A stretch of DNA of 64,000 nt from the human T2T-CHM13v2.0 reference genome, Homo sapiens. Of the stretch, positions 29,520 to 42,548 are shown piece after piece. The notes under the pieces are model-generated. The model was not told the DNA's origin. It searched no databases and saw only the letters and a program-made list of their open reading frames with translations. Location of the stretch: assembly GCF_009914755.1 (NCBI RefSeq), contig NC_060925.1. One strand, 5' to 3'. The position numbers and the translations under genes were made by a program. Positions within the stretch are counted from its first letter, which is position 1, and the number at the start of each line of letters is the position of its first letter.

Positions 29520-30001
29520 TGTATTGGTCAGGGTTCTCCAGAGACACAGAACCAGGGGGATATATATTTTTTTAAATGGAGATTTATTATGAGGAATTAG
29601 TTCCTGGGATCATGGAAGCCAAAAAGTCCCACAATTTGCCATCTGTAAGCTGCAGACCCAGGAAAGCAAGGGGTATAATTCATTCTGAGTTTGAAGGCCT
29701 GATTGAGAACGAGGAGAGGTGAGGGTATAGATCCTAGTCTGAGAGCAGGAGAAGATGAAATGAGATGTCCCAGCTCAAGCAGTGAGGCAGGGAGAAATGA
29801 GTCAAATTCCTGCTTGCTCTGACTTTTGGTCTATCTAGGGCCTCCATGGGTTGGATGGTGCCACCACACTGAGGAGGGGAATCTGCCTTACAGAGCCCAC
29901 CGAGCTGAATGCTAGTATCTTCCAGAAACACCCTCACTCTCACAGTGTTTAATATGGGCAACCATGGCCAGTCAGGTTGACACCTAAAATTAACCATCAC
30001 A
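29520..30001 (-). mobile_element. MLT2 (ERVL) LTR
   Basis: Runs from tgtattggtcagggttctccagagacacagaacc to aaattaaccatcaca. Confidence 0.8.
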
Positions 30002-30639
30002 CATGCTTATTCTAGAAAACTTGAGAAATATAGAAAAGAACAAATATCAATCACTCATCATTCCCCACCCTAGCTGTGAGCACATTTGAGTTCATTCCTA
30101 AAGGAGGGTGGGAGGAAAACCAAGGCAGACTTTGAGGTTTCTGATGTTGGCCATGATCACCCCACAGGTTCAAGTATAGAGTCCTGGAAAGTGGCTATTG
30201 GCGTTAATTCCGACAAATGTGTAGAAAATATCCTGACTTTTTGGTTTTCTCTTTCAACAGTCAAATGAGAATAAGGCTGAGAGGACCTGATCTTTTTGAG
30301 TCTTGGGATAAACTTGGAAGATAAAATTACAGAATAATTTGAGACACACATAAATGTTATATTTCAGATATTCTTTCTCTACTGAAAGTTGGTAGCAACT
30401 TTGTACATTTCTGTGTTGCCTTTGACCAAAGGACCCAGCTGAGCATTGGAATAGCTCACGCAGCATGTCGCTAAGTGGGAAAGGCTTAAAGGCAAAGGAG
30501 GTTTAACACCCAGATAACATGGTGGAGTAGTTGAGAGTACAGTGTTCACTTCCTGCCCTCCCATTTCCTGAAGGTCTGACCAAGTCATTTAATCTTGATG
30601 TATCTCAGTCCATCTATAAATTGGGTATTATAATAATAG

Positions 30640-31174
30640 TGAGATAGAAAACAGGCAGGACTTGTTTTCTGATCATAACCCTGCTGACCAAAACAGGATG
30701 TGGTCCAGATGAGATAAGGTTTAAAAAAACACTAGCCAAAGCCAGCAAACGGGAACGAGGGTGATCCCTGGCTGCCCTCATTGCTCATCAGCATGGGACA
30801 CTCTCACCAGTGCCATGACAGTTTACAATTGCCATGACAACGACCTGGCAGTTACCATCCCTTTCCATGGTAACGACCCAGAAGTTACCTTTCCTAGGAA
30901 GTCTTAAATAGCTTGCCCCTCAATTTGCATTAACCCACCCCTTAATTTGCATGTGACTAAAAGTGGGTATAAATACAATTTCCAAGAGCCCCTATGTGGC
31001 CAACTCAGGGTGTACTGCCTATGAGTTAGCCCTGCTCCACAAGAAGCAGTGCCCTTCAATAAAGAATTGTGGTCTAACACCACTGGCTCACCCTTGAATT
31101 CCTTCCTTGATGAAGCCAAGAACCCTCCCAGGCTAAGCCCCAATTTGGGGACTCACCTGTCCTGTCCTGCATGA
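30640..31174 (+). mobile_element. MER41-family (ERV1) solo LTR inserted in a MIR
   Basis: Runs from tgagatag through caccagtgccatgacagtttacaattgccatgacaac and aataaa to gaagccaagaaccctcccaggctaagccccaatttgggg. An approximate 4-bp TSD (atag/ctag) is present, with MIR sequence on both sides. Confidence 0.8.
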
Positions 31175-31409
31175 CTAGTACTTAACTCATAGTGTTGTCA
31201 GGAATCTGAAATTGGTTCATATTTGCTAAAATACTTAGAAGGGAGCCCAGCTCATAGTAAACACTTGAAGTATTCACTTTTATTGCCTCTAAGACCCATT
31301 TGTTATTTACAAGGCTGCTGTGTGTGGACTCTTTGGAGCCCATCCCTTTGGGATTTTGAATGACTTGAGCACAGGCTAACACTCTCCCTGTCTGTGTGTC
31401 TTCTTGCAG

Positions 31410-31827
31410 CCAGGAGGAAGAAGAGGAGGATGAGGAGGCTGCCTCAAGGTACTATGTTCCCAGCTACGAGGAAGTGATGAACACAAACTACTCAGAAGCA
31501 AGGGGAGAGGAGCAGAACCCGAGGTTGAGCATCTCTCTCCCGTCCTATGAGTCACTGACGGGGCTCGACGAGACCACCCCCACATCCACCAGGGCTGACG
31601 TGGAGGCCAGCCCTGGGAACCCCCCTGACAGGCAGAACTCTAAGTTGGCCAAACGACTGAAACCGCTGAAAGTTCGAAGGATTAAATCTGAAAAGCTTCA
31701 CCTCAAAGACTTTAGGATCAACCTCCCAGACAAAAACGTCCCTCCTCCCTCGATAGAGCCTTTGACTCCTCCACCGCAGTATGATGAAGTCCAGGAGAAG
31801 GCCCCCGACACCCGGCCGCCCGACTGA
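31410..31827 (+). CDS. TMEM51: Transmembrane protein 51, last coding segment (cytoplasmic tail)
   Basis: Acceptor gtcttcttgcAG|C at 31409/31410. The phase-2 join AG+C gives Ser (...QEEDS QEEEEEDEEAASRYYVPSYEEV...PPPQYDEVQEKAPDTRPPD) with TGA at 31825-31827. Total CDS is 344+418=762 nt, i.e. 253 aa. Confidence 0.96.
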
Positions 31828-32560
31828 ATGGCCCCACTTGAGCCACGCTCCCTCCTGTCTCTCACACCTTTCACCCCCAAGACTCTAACAAAGCCACATG
31901 AGCCACAGTTGAGAAGCGGAGGGGCCAGCTGTGCATGGAGCCATTTGGATGGCGGCGGGCGGGGGGGGATTCTCTGTATCAGGAGTGACTTTGTTGCCCC
32001 ACACAGCCTCCTGCTGCAGGTGCTTTGGAAAGAGATGCTGCCTTGGAGCTGGTGAATCTGTGGACCACATTCAAGGGTGTGGCACAGGCATCTTCCCATC
32101 CTTTTCACTCCGAATCGCTGGCGACACATTCTCCTTTCCAGCTAGGAAAGGGTTCCTCGCGGCTGGTTTAGATTGTGGTTGTTTGTTTTGCTTCTACTAA
32201 GACTGTTTTGTTTCAAAAAGGAAACAAGTTTTGTGTTTGCTGTCTACGCTGGAGTCCTGAACTGTGGGTAGAAAACACGACCTGGCTTTGTAGAAAGGAC
32301 ACAGGGCTGTTTTATGAACTAAGCGGTGAGGCTCAGGTGGCGGCTCTCACAGAGCCCCTGATGCTGTTGTTCTTTGAGGGCTTAAGGCCTGATGAACGTA
32401 GGCACGTGATGCGTAATAGTCTTCAATGGTACACTTAACTAGTCTCTTCTGTGTAACAGCAAAAAAAAAAAAAAAAGAAGAAGAAAGAAAACTGTAGGAA
32501 ATGTTCTTTTTGAAATGCCATGCAATGGAGCTTTTTGTAATAAAATATTTTATATGTAGT
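31828..32560 (+). other. TMEM51: TMEM51 3'UTR
   Basis: Repeat-free sequence between the stop codon and the poly(A) signal. The cleavage position is approximate. Confidence 0.85.
32536..32544 (+). terminator. TMEM51: Polyadenylation signal AATAAA (32539-32544) with an overlapping upstream TGTA
   Basis: Sequence ttttTGTAATAAAatatt, followed by T/GT-rich downstream sequence. Confidence 0.85.
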
Positions 32561-33804
32561 ACATTTGGGTGCTGAGTTACTTTAGCAGCTCTCCCAATAC
32601 TGACTTTCTTAGGGGAAAATGGCAATAATAATAGCTAATATGTACTGAATACTTATGCCCAGTGTTGTGCTAAGCATTTCACACATCACCCCATTTTGTC
32701 TGGACCCAAGTCTGGTAATAATGCCATTCTGTTGTCAGCTCACAGAGGCTTTAGGTTAATGTAAGTGCCCTGTGTCACACTGCTAGTAAGCAGTAGAGCT
32801 GGGGTTTGAGCCCAGGTTGCCTGGCTCCAAGGCCTGAGTTCTTACACACCCCCCATACAGCTCAGTGTAAAGAGCTTTTCCAGACTTTGAATGAAGACTT
32901 GCACTTCTCAAGTTCAGAGGTTGTCTCTGTCAACCTATGCACCCAAAAGAAAGTTCTGGTTGTTTGAACAGCAGCTTTCTACCTGTCTAGGCATCCTTCC
33001 TATCTCCCTCTGCTGAGAACTGGCCCAGGAGGGAGCTCAGTGCAGCCTGTCCTCTGCCCCCAGAACTGACAGGCTATGTAAGTGTAGGGGGTGGGTGAGC
33101 ATGTCCCCCTGGAGGGGGAAAGTGAGTCTATGCAGCTCAGAAAAGCAGTGCAATGAATAAGAAATGCTCAGGGGATCGCACGCTGTTGAAGAGGGGACAT
33201 AGGAGGGGAATGGAGACCTCTGGGGTCAGGATCTTGACCGTGGAGTGAGTGTCTGGGAAAACAGACCCAAGTCCAAAGGAAGCCTTCCTGCTATTGGTGG
33301 GCATGGAGCCAGCCTGCTGAGGAGTCTGTGTCAACCTGGTTGGAAGAGTAATTCCCAGGCCCAGATGTTTTCCTAACAAGCTCCGGTGGACAGGGAAGGG
33401 ATGACAGGCACCGAGTTACCTTCTTATCTCAAGATTAGCAGTAGTGACTAAAGTTCGAAACTTTCACTTTCCTTATGCGATGCATTATTAAAAGGGGAGA
33501 TGTTGGGATTGGCTTTGTGGCATGGGACAGACACCCAGAGGCCTGGTCCGTTCCCCGGCCCACTCCTGAGCCGACCCATGGCTCTTTGTGTCTCATGTCT
33601 CTGGGCTGGGCTTGCTTTCCTGTTACTTTCTGTGCTTCTTCCAAACCAGAGGATAAATGGGAGGAAAATAGAAGAGAAGAGTAAGGACCCAGATGAGTTG
33701 AGAAATGACTTTCTGGAAGAGCTCTCAATCTGGCTTCTGGTAGAAACCTTTTGGGGTGTCTCCCTAGTCTAGATCCTCCACGGGGGAGAAGGAGTTGTGA
33801 GGCT

Positions 33805-34265
33805 TGGGTGGGCTGATTGGTGGTCCCCAAAGGTATCAGACCCTAATCCCTGGAACCAGTGAATATTACCTCGTATGGTAAAGTTTTTGCAGATGTGATT
33901 AAGGATTGAAGATGATGGGATTGTCCTGGGTTTGCCAGGTGGGCCCTTAATGCCAACCACAAATGTCCTCACAAGCAAAAGACGGGGAGAGTATATACAG
34001 AAGAGGAGGAGGCAATGTCATCCCAGAGGCAGAGATGGGAGTGATCAATCTACAAGTCCAGGAAGGCCGGCAGACACCGGAATCAGGAAGAAGCAAGGGA
34101 TGGACTCTCCCCTAGAGCCCCTGAAGGATGCAGTCCCCGCTTACACCTTGATTTCAGGCCAGTTAATATGATTTTGGGCTTCTGGCCTCCAGAACTGTGA
34201 GAGAACAAGTCTCTGTTGTTATGGGTCACCAAGTTTGTAATAATTTGTTATAGGAAACCGATACA
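33805..34265 (+). mobile_element. MLT1C-like MaLR LTR
   Basis: Contains ctaatccctggaacc, tttgcagatgtgattaag, ttctggcctccagaactgtgagaga and aaaccgataca. Confidence 0.8.
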
Positions 34266-34696
34266 GAGCTCAATCTTCAACTCACTCGATATCAGCCCCC
34301 CTTTGGCCTCAACACTTCATGAGTCTTCCCACAGAGAGGAGTGCAACGGAAATAGCATTTAGGACCCCTGCTTGTATGTGTGGAAATGATCAAGTAGAAA
34401 ATTATTCATATTATTCAGAGGATTATAATGGATATGTGGTATACACAATATAAAGCCTAGGCTCACCTCTTTCTAAAATGGGCAGAAAGAATGTTAGCTG
34501 GAAACCTTAACCACAGGTTTGGAGTCCTAAATAGTGCCTCGAGGCAAGGAAGTTCTCTGCAGTACTGAGTTAAAACCACCTGTCAAAGCAGGAGGCCACC
34601 TTTACTCAAAATTCCTCAAAGCACATTTGCCCTGTTTGTTTATTGGTTCAGAGCTATCATTATCATCCTCAGGACTCTCTCTTTCTCTTTGGACTA

Positions 34697-34935
34697 GAAA
34701 AGAAAAGAAGAAAGGAAGAAAAAGGAAGAAGGATAGAAAGGAGGAAGGAAGATAAATAGAAAGGGGAAGGAAGGGAGGGAGAGAAGGAAAGGAAGGGAAG
34801 GGAAGGGAGAAGGGAGGGAAGGGAAGAAGGAAAGGAAGGAAGGAAAGGAAGGGGAAGGGGAAGGGAGGAGAAGGAAAAGGAAGGGAAGGGAAGGGAGGGG
34901 AGGGAAGTGAAGGCGGAAAAAAAAGGGAGAAGCTA
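34697..34935 (+). repeat. Polypurine (GGAA/GGGAA) low-complexity tract
   Basis: About 240 bp, almost exclusively A/G on the + strand. Confidence 0.9.
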
Positions 34936-35544
34936 AGAAGGCAAGAACCAGAAGACTAGTTCTTTTCTTTGCTCCCAATCATGTTTTTGTCCCTAATGTA
35001 AACATAAGAGCACAAACATGGGGGAAATGCAAGTAGCAACCCAAATGGCCCCAGGGCTATGAAAGAGCAGCAAGAAGAAATCTGAATGAATTCCAGTTTT
35101 TTAAAGTCCCACTCAGCACTCCCACCCTACTCAAAAGGACAGATCTTAGCAGCTTGTTGGGATCATGTGACATCCATGCTTTCAAGTCACAGCTGATTGG
35201 ATCTGAGGTATGTATCCGGGATACCCAGGGAGAACCAATCAGAAGCTGAGTTTGGCTAGGCAAGTCTTTCCCAGGAGCCCAGCTTTGGATGGAGAGGTCA
35301 GTTCTGAGTGATGTGGTCTCAGGGGTTAGGTGACTGTTTGGGGGCCATCAGGGTGGGTCACGGACACGTGAGGCAGGAGAAGCCACTCTGCAGACAGAGA
35401 ATGGAGTTAACTGCTCAAATACACAGCCATGAAAAATGAGCCTCAGAGACCGCTGCCTCCTGGTGACTTTCTGGTCCTTGGTCTTTGGGAAGCCCAACTG
35501 TGCTGAGAGATGGTGTCCCCCAGTCAATTTCCTTCTTTAGCTTT

Positions 35545-35975
<431 letters not shown>

Positions 35976-36980
35976 TGACTGGTTGCAGTTCTGGGGAAGG
36001 GGAGCCACGAGCAGGTGCTTAAGGCACAAGACTGGAGCATGACTGTGACTGCAGTGTAGACCACTGCCTGGGGAGTGCAGCTGAACCAGCTGGATCCATC
36101 CATTTCCACGACTGCTTACTCAGTGCCTGTTAGATGCCAGGTACTGCTCTAGGCTCCAGGATACAGCAGTGAAGCTAAAGCCTGCTCTTCATGGGGAAGA
36201 TTCGTGCTTGGGCACTGCTTCCCAAAGCAGGTCCTGTGGCCTTGGGTGACAGTCACCTTTGGGTGATCATTCGGGACTGACTAGTTGAACTGGGTGCAAT
36301 ACATTTGAAAGCTGCAGGGTAGCCACATGCACAGAGAAAGCCAGTCCTGCAGGAAGAGATGGAGGAAGCAGAAGGGCACGGAGGAAACAGCCCTCCACAG
36401 AAAGAGACAGATTTGCTGCTTTGTAGTTCCTGGTTGGGGAGCCTGGCCACACACTGTGACCTTTGGGTATATACAACACACCAGTCTGCTTTCAATAATG
36501 CCTATCTTTCCTTAAGCAAGTTGGAGTGGGCTTCTGTTATTTGAAGCCACATGTCCTGAAATGACTCACTTCCGCATGGACAAGCATGAGATGGCAAAGC
36601 CGAAATCAATCCACAAGCGTCCTGAGATACTGAAAATGGGACGCAGCTGTATCGCTGGAAATGTGTGGATCAACTGAACCACAGGTTCTAAAAGGCAGTA
36701 CAAGAAAAGCCCTTCTGAGGATTCGTGGACTTCTTTCTTATTGTAAAGGCCCTGACAAGGACCATTTAGCTCCTAGGACAAACCATGCTGCATATTCTGG
36801 TGTGGAGTTACAGAAGGACAGCCCTTGTTATGTCTGCAAGCATGGAGGGTGGGAGAAAGTCTTCCCACCTGAGCCTCGATCTCTTCACCAGCAAAATGGA
36901 AGTTCCTCATTTTGTGATGAGTACCTGAAACCAACACAGGTAAAGTGCCCCCACTGCACCCGGCACAGACAAAGCAAGGG

Positions 36981-37659
<679 letters not shown>

Positions 37660-39603
37660 TCACACTCACTTCTACAAGTGTGTTCAGAGAAAATTCACCA
37701 AACGCCACAAGTCTGTGAGGCATCTTCACAGAAAGCCAGCTTCAGGGAAACAGCAGCCAGGCCGCGTAATGAAGGCCAACTGAGGCAGCCCCCGGGGTCA
37801 GCCTAGCCCAGGGCTTGGGCCCTCCATCATGGAGAGTGGTCAAGTCAGTCTGTTTGGTTTGGTTTTCAGTCTGATGCCATGTTGTCAGCACATTCAGAAG
37901 GGAGCAGCTTGTCCTAAGACAGTGAATCTCAGGAGGCCACAGCTGTCAGGACTTTTGATTTCCTGGCGATTCCTCAAGTGTATTCTGCTGGATTTTAATG
38001 GGTGGGTGTGGAAAAGTCCCTAATTAGATCCATTTGGAAATCCCTGAGTGAAACAAAGTCTATTTTTATTGCGCACCTACGAGCCAGCAGGAGAAAGCTG
38101 TGTGCTTGTCTCTTTGCAGCAATGCAGCTGACCTCGGAAATGATGTCCAAGAATGCCTGAAGCTGAGATGGAAAGTGGCAGCACCTACTATGTGCCAGGT
38201 GCTCTGGATAAAGCTGCAAAAAAAAAAAAAAAAAAAAAAAATGGACCAAGTCCTTGCCGACACAGAGGTGACATTCTGGGTGGAGCCCGAACAGAGGATG
38301 AAAAATATGTATACGGTATAAACTCAGAAAATGAGAAGAAAAATAAAGCTGGGTGAAGAACAGGAGGTGAGAGGGGCTCACCTTCAGGGTGATCAGGAAG
38401 AGCCTCTGGAGGGTAGCACTGGAGAAAAGTAGGCAGTAAGCCCCATGGGCATCTGGGTGCAGAGAATTCCAGAGAGCCTCTCATATGCTCATGTGCATCA
38501 TAAATCTCAAAGGAGGTACCGCAGGACATAACATCTGCCAAACCAGTTTAACACAGGCCCTTTTCCCCCACAAAGCCTTTTCCATGGCCAGCATTCCCAG
38601 AACACACAACAGGGAATGATGATTGAGCCAAACACAGTCCTTCTACAGCAGAAAGAAATGGGCCCAGGGAAGATAAGACACTTGTCCAAAGTCCCACAGC
38701 TTGTGGGCAAAGATATCCGTTAGCCTCCTCACTGTGTGGCATTCGGATCACAGATCACCAGCTAAGGCAAGCCACTAAGATCACCCCATCCCCTGACAAC
38801 TTGCGGGAGGTGGTCAAGACCGTAGATCCAGGATAAGCCAGACACAGGTGCCTGGGGCCTCCCGGCTCTCAGACCCACTGCAGACCTTCCTGTGTCCACC
38901 CCACCCCTCTGAAGGGAGGCTTGCCCCCCTCGTGACAGCCCCCACCATGAAGAGGAGTGGATGCTTCCCCGAGCTTTTGCCATCTGTGTGGATGACAGTT
39001 TGCCCTCTGGGGTGGTTGTCGAGTCACCTCCAGCTCATTCAGAAGTACCTTCACATCAGGCTAACAGGGGAAAGCTGTGTCCCTGTCTCTTCGTAGCAAT
39101 GCATCTGGGAAATGATGTCTGGGAATGCCTGCAGCTGAGACGTGACAGTGAGCTGCAACACATCAATCTCACATTCTCCAATAATGGATGGAGAAGTCAG
39201 ATACCAGCTCTCTTCAGATACCGTGGAGCAGGCTGGCCAGGAGAGGGAGGAAAAGACCCCAAGAGACAGAGGAAAAAAACAATATGTGGATGCAACCATC
39301 CAGAAAAGTCACTGGAGAGAACGCACATCCTTACACGAGAGGCCTTGAAAACGTGGCCCTTGCAACAAAGGTTTCCTCAGGGCCAACCAGGCTGCTTGCC
39401 ACACGTGTTTCCTCCACACCAGTCTCCCAGGGGACACGCAGCCCCTGGAACTCTGCACATTCCAGGAAGACAGTCAGATGGAACACACATCCATACAAAC
39501 CAACCAACCCCCAGATACAACATACGCAATGAAACATTCTCCGCTCCCAGGAAGGCTGTGAAACAGTTGCACCAACACCAGAACTCTCTGTTTCACCTTA
39601 GGT

Positions 39604-39792
39604 CAGTGACTTTCCACCAGGACTGATTTTGCTCCCGGGCAGCACTTGGCAATGTGACAGTGGTGGGGGAGAGGGTACTGGCATCTAGTAGGCCAGGGAT
39701 CCTGCTAACCCTCCTACAACGCCTAGGACAGTCCCCACAGCAGAGAATTATCCTGCCCCAAATGTCACTAGTGTGGAGGTTGAGAAGCCCTG
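39604..39792. mobile_element. MER20 DNA transposon
   Basis: Contains tactggcatctagt, ggacagtcccc and aattatcctgccccaaatgtcactagtg...gttgagaagccctg. Confidence 0.8.
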
Positions 39793-40341
39793 TCCTAGAT
39801 GCTCTTGGACATGGGGACTGCAGTCATACAGCCTGGCCACTCAGTGTGGACCCCGTCAAAAAAAAGCAAGAAACAATCATCCTTGCATTGCTTATCATTT
39901 TTCTTTTAAAAACCTGTCAAGACTGTTTTTCTGTCCTTCGCCCCATCCCAGAACTGCAAATCTAATTCTCCATGTCATGGTATGCACAAATTTATCTTCC
40001 TTTCTCCTTTTCTCCATCCATTCTCAGCCCAACATCTGTTCATTAAAAACCTGATATGTAGCAACTGTAATATAAATGGTGTGGGAAAGATAATGGTATA
40101 ATACTTACAAATTCAAATAGACTCTGAGAAATTTTGGACTATTGAAAAAGCATACTTAAAACCAATGAAAGGTATGTAACAAAATAAAACAACTGGAATA
40201 CAATTTCAGAAGCAAAAATTATAGCGTGACTTTTTCTGGGTTATAAATCTTCTCAGAAAAACAGTATCAGATAATACAGCATGATTCTGAGAGATAAGCT
40301 AGGCTTAGTACTTTGTTTTGTGGAGTTTTTTTCTTTTTCCG

Positions 40342-40657
40342 TTTTTTTGTTTTTGTTTTGTTTTGTTTTTTTTTTTTGAGACAGAGAGTCTCGCTCTGTC
40401 GCCCAGGCTGGAGGGCAGTGGTGCAATCTCAGCTCACTGCAACCTCCACCTCCTAGGCTTGAGCGATTCTCATGCTTCAGCCTCCTGAATAGTTGGGATT
40501 ACAGGCTTCTGCCTCTATGCCTGGCTAATTTTTCTATTTTTAGTAGAGACGGGGTTTTGCCATGTTGGCCAGGGTGGTCTTGAACTCCTAGCTTCAAGTG
40601 ATCCACCCGCCTCGGCCTCCCAAAGTGCTGGGATTACAGGCATGAGTCATCGCACCT
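40342..40657 (-). mobile_element. Alu
   Basis: Antisense dimer with TSD ggctta(g/a)tactttgt. Confidence 0.95.
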
Positions 40658-41054
40658 GTGGGCTTAATACTTTGTAAAATTTAGGAGTTGTGCAGGAACT
40701 TTAAGAAGAAGAAAATGTTCTTAGTGTTTATTCTCAAGATGTCTTATTTCAGAATGTATCCTTGTGATACTATCTAGTCAAGAAAAATCATTAGCATCTA
40801 TTTTAACAAAGCATAAAAGAGAGATAAACAATGGAATAACATGATAGCAAGATTCTTCTTTTATTTTTTGGGGAAAGTATGACAAGTCAAGTATGTGTGT
40901 TCATAAAAGAAATTGTATAAATACTTGACATAAGCCAGTGAATAAATGCCCCACCTTACCTAATTGCTGCAGCTTTCAAAATTAAACCGAGAGAGAGAGA
41001 AAGCTGCATCTTTTGGTTTCTGACAAATTAGTTACCTTTTAAAAATCAGATTCA

Positions 41055-41359
<305 letters not shown>

Positions 41360-41627
41360 TCAGATTCAAAGTACTGGTTCACCAATTGACTTTTTGAACA
41401 GGAAGGGTCATGCTGTCCTAGAAGTTACCAATGGTACATTCATTTAGCACCAACTGGGGTGTTGTTTTTTTTTTAAATCAGCACAAATGCAGTAGAGAAA
41501 AGGAAATAGGAATATACCTTTTATAGGAGAAGTTGGGGCATATGAGGCCAATAATTTTATTGACTTTAAAAGGTAATCCTAAGCTTATTTAAAACATTCA
41601 TTGAATCCATGAAAATGGCAAGGAGGA

Positions 41628-41895
41628 GTCGGGCGTGGTGGCTCACACCCGTAATCCCAGCACTTTGGGAGGTGAGCAGATCACTTGAGGTCAGGAGTTC
41701 GAGACCAGCCTGGCCAACATGATGAAACCTCGTCTCTACTAAAACCACAAAAATTAGCTGGGTGTGGTAGTGCACGCCTGTAATCCCAACTACTTGGGAG
41801 ACTGAGGCAGGAGAATCGCTTGAACCCGGGAGGTGGAGTTTGCAGAGAACGGAGAACCACTGCACTCCAGCCTCAGTAGCACAGTGAGACCCTGT

Positions 41896-41923
<28 letters not shown>
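41628..41923 (+). mobile_element. Alu
   Basis: TSD aa(a/t)tggcaaggag. Confidence 0.95.
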
Positions 41924-41926
<3 letters not shown>

Positions 41927-42311
41927 GGCAAGGAGAAATCAGTACAAACATTCTAGCTGCTATTTGGAATAAACCTTGATTTTGATGTTTATTTTTCCAG
42001 TTAAAAAAGTTTTAATGCCTAAAATTTTTCCAATGGCTGAAAGTAGTAAAAATCATCCACTCATCTTCCCTTAGGCCAATAATAGAAAGGTCTCACGGGG
42101 CAATATAGGAACCAGGAATAAGACCAGAGGGGGAGGAGGAGGAGAAGAACACCATTGACTAAGTCCTACGCATATGTTGAAGGCAGACTATCCCTTGCTC
42201 CTACTTCCTGGGTAGTAATTTCATAGACGTGTACATTATCATACACCCCTCCAGTGAATAAACACTGAATTAAATGGAATATGATTTTATCTCTGTGTAT
42301 TGCTTCAACTC

Positions 42312-42548
42312 TGGGTTTCTGAACCTTGGCACTATTGACATTTTGGGCTGGGTAACCCTGACATGGGGCAAGGCGTGGCTAGGTGGAAGGCTGCTCTGTT
42401 CCTTACAGGAAGTTTACAGCATCCCTAGCCTCCACCACTAGATGCCAGAAGCACTGCCCAGGTGTGGCAATCAAAAATGTCCCGAAGCATTGTCAAAAGT
42501 CTCCTGGGGGCCTGGGTCAGGGCGCAAAATGCCCGTGGTTAAAAACTG
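42312..42548. mobile_element. MER20 DNA transposon (opposite orientation to the 39604 copy)
   Basis: Contains ggcactattgacattttgggctgg, actagatgccag and aaaaatgtccc...cattgtcaaa. Confidence 0.8.

Noticed and set aside
32461-32490. A-rich tract in the 3'UTR as a poly(A) site or retro-insertion
   Set aside because: Genomic A run with no upstream AATAAA or TSD. It matters only as an oligo-dT internal-priming artefact.
38961-39626. 221-aa ORF (also 26041-26655 and 199-777)
   Set aside because: No recognisable homology or coding-like composition, and each runs into repeat remnants (MER20, L2/Alu, MLT).
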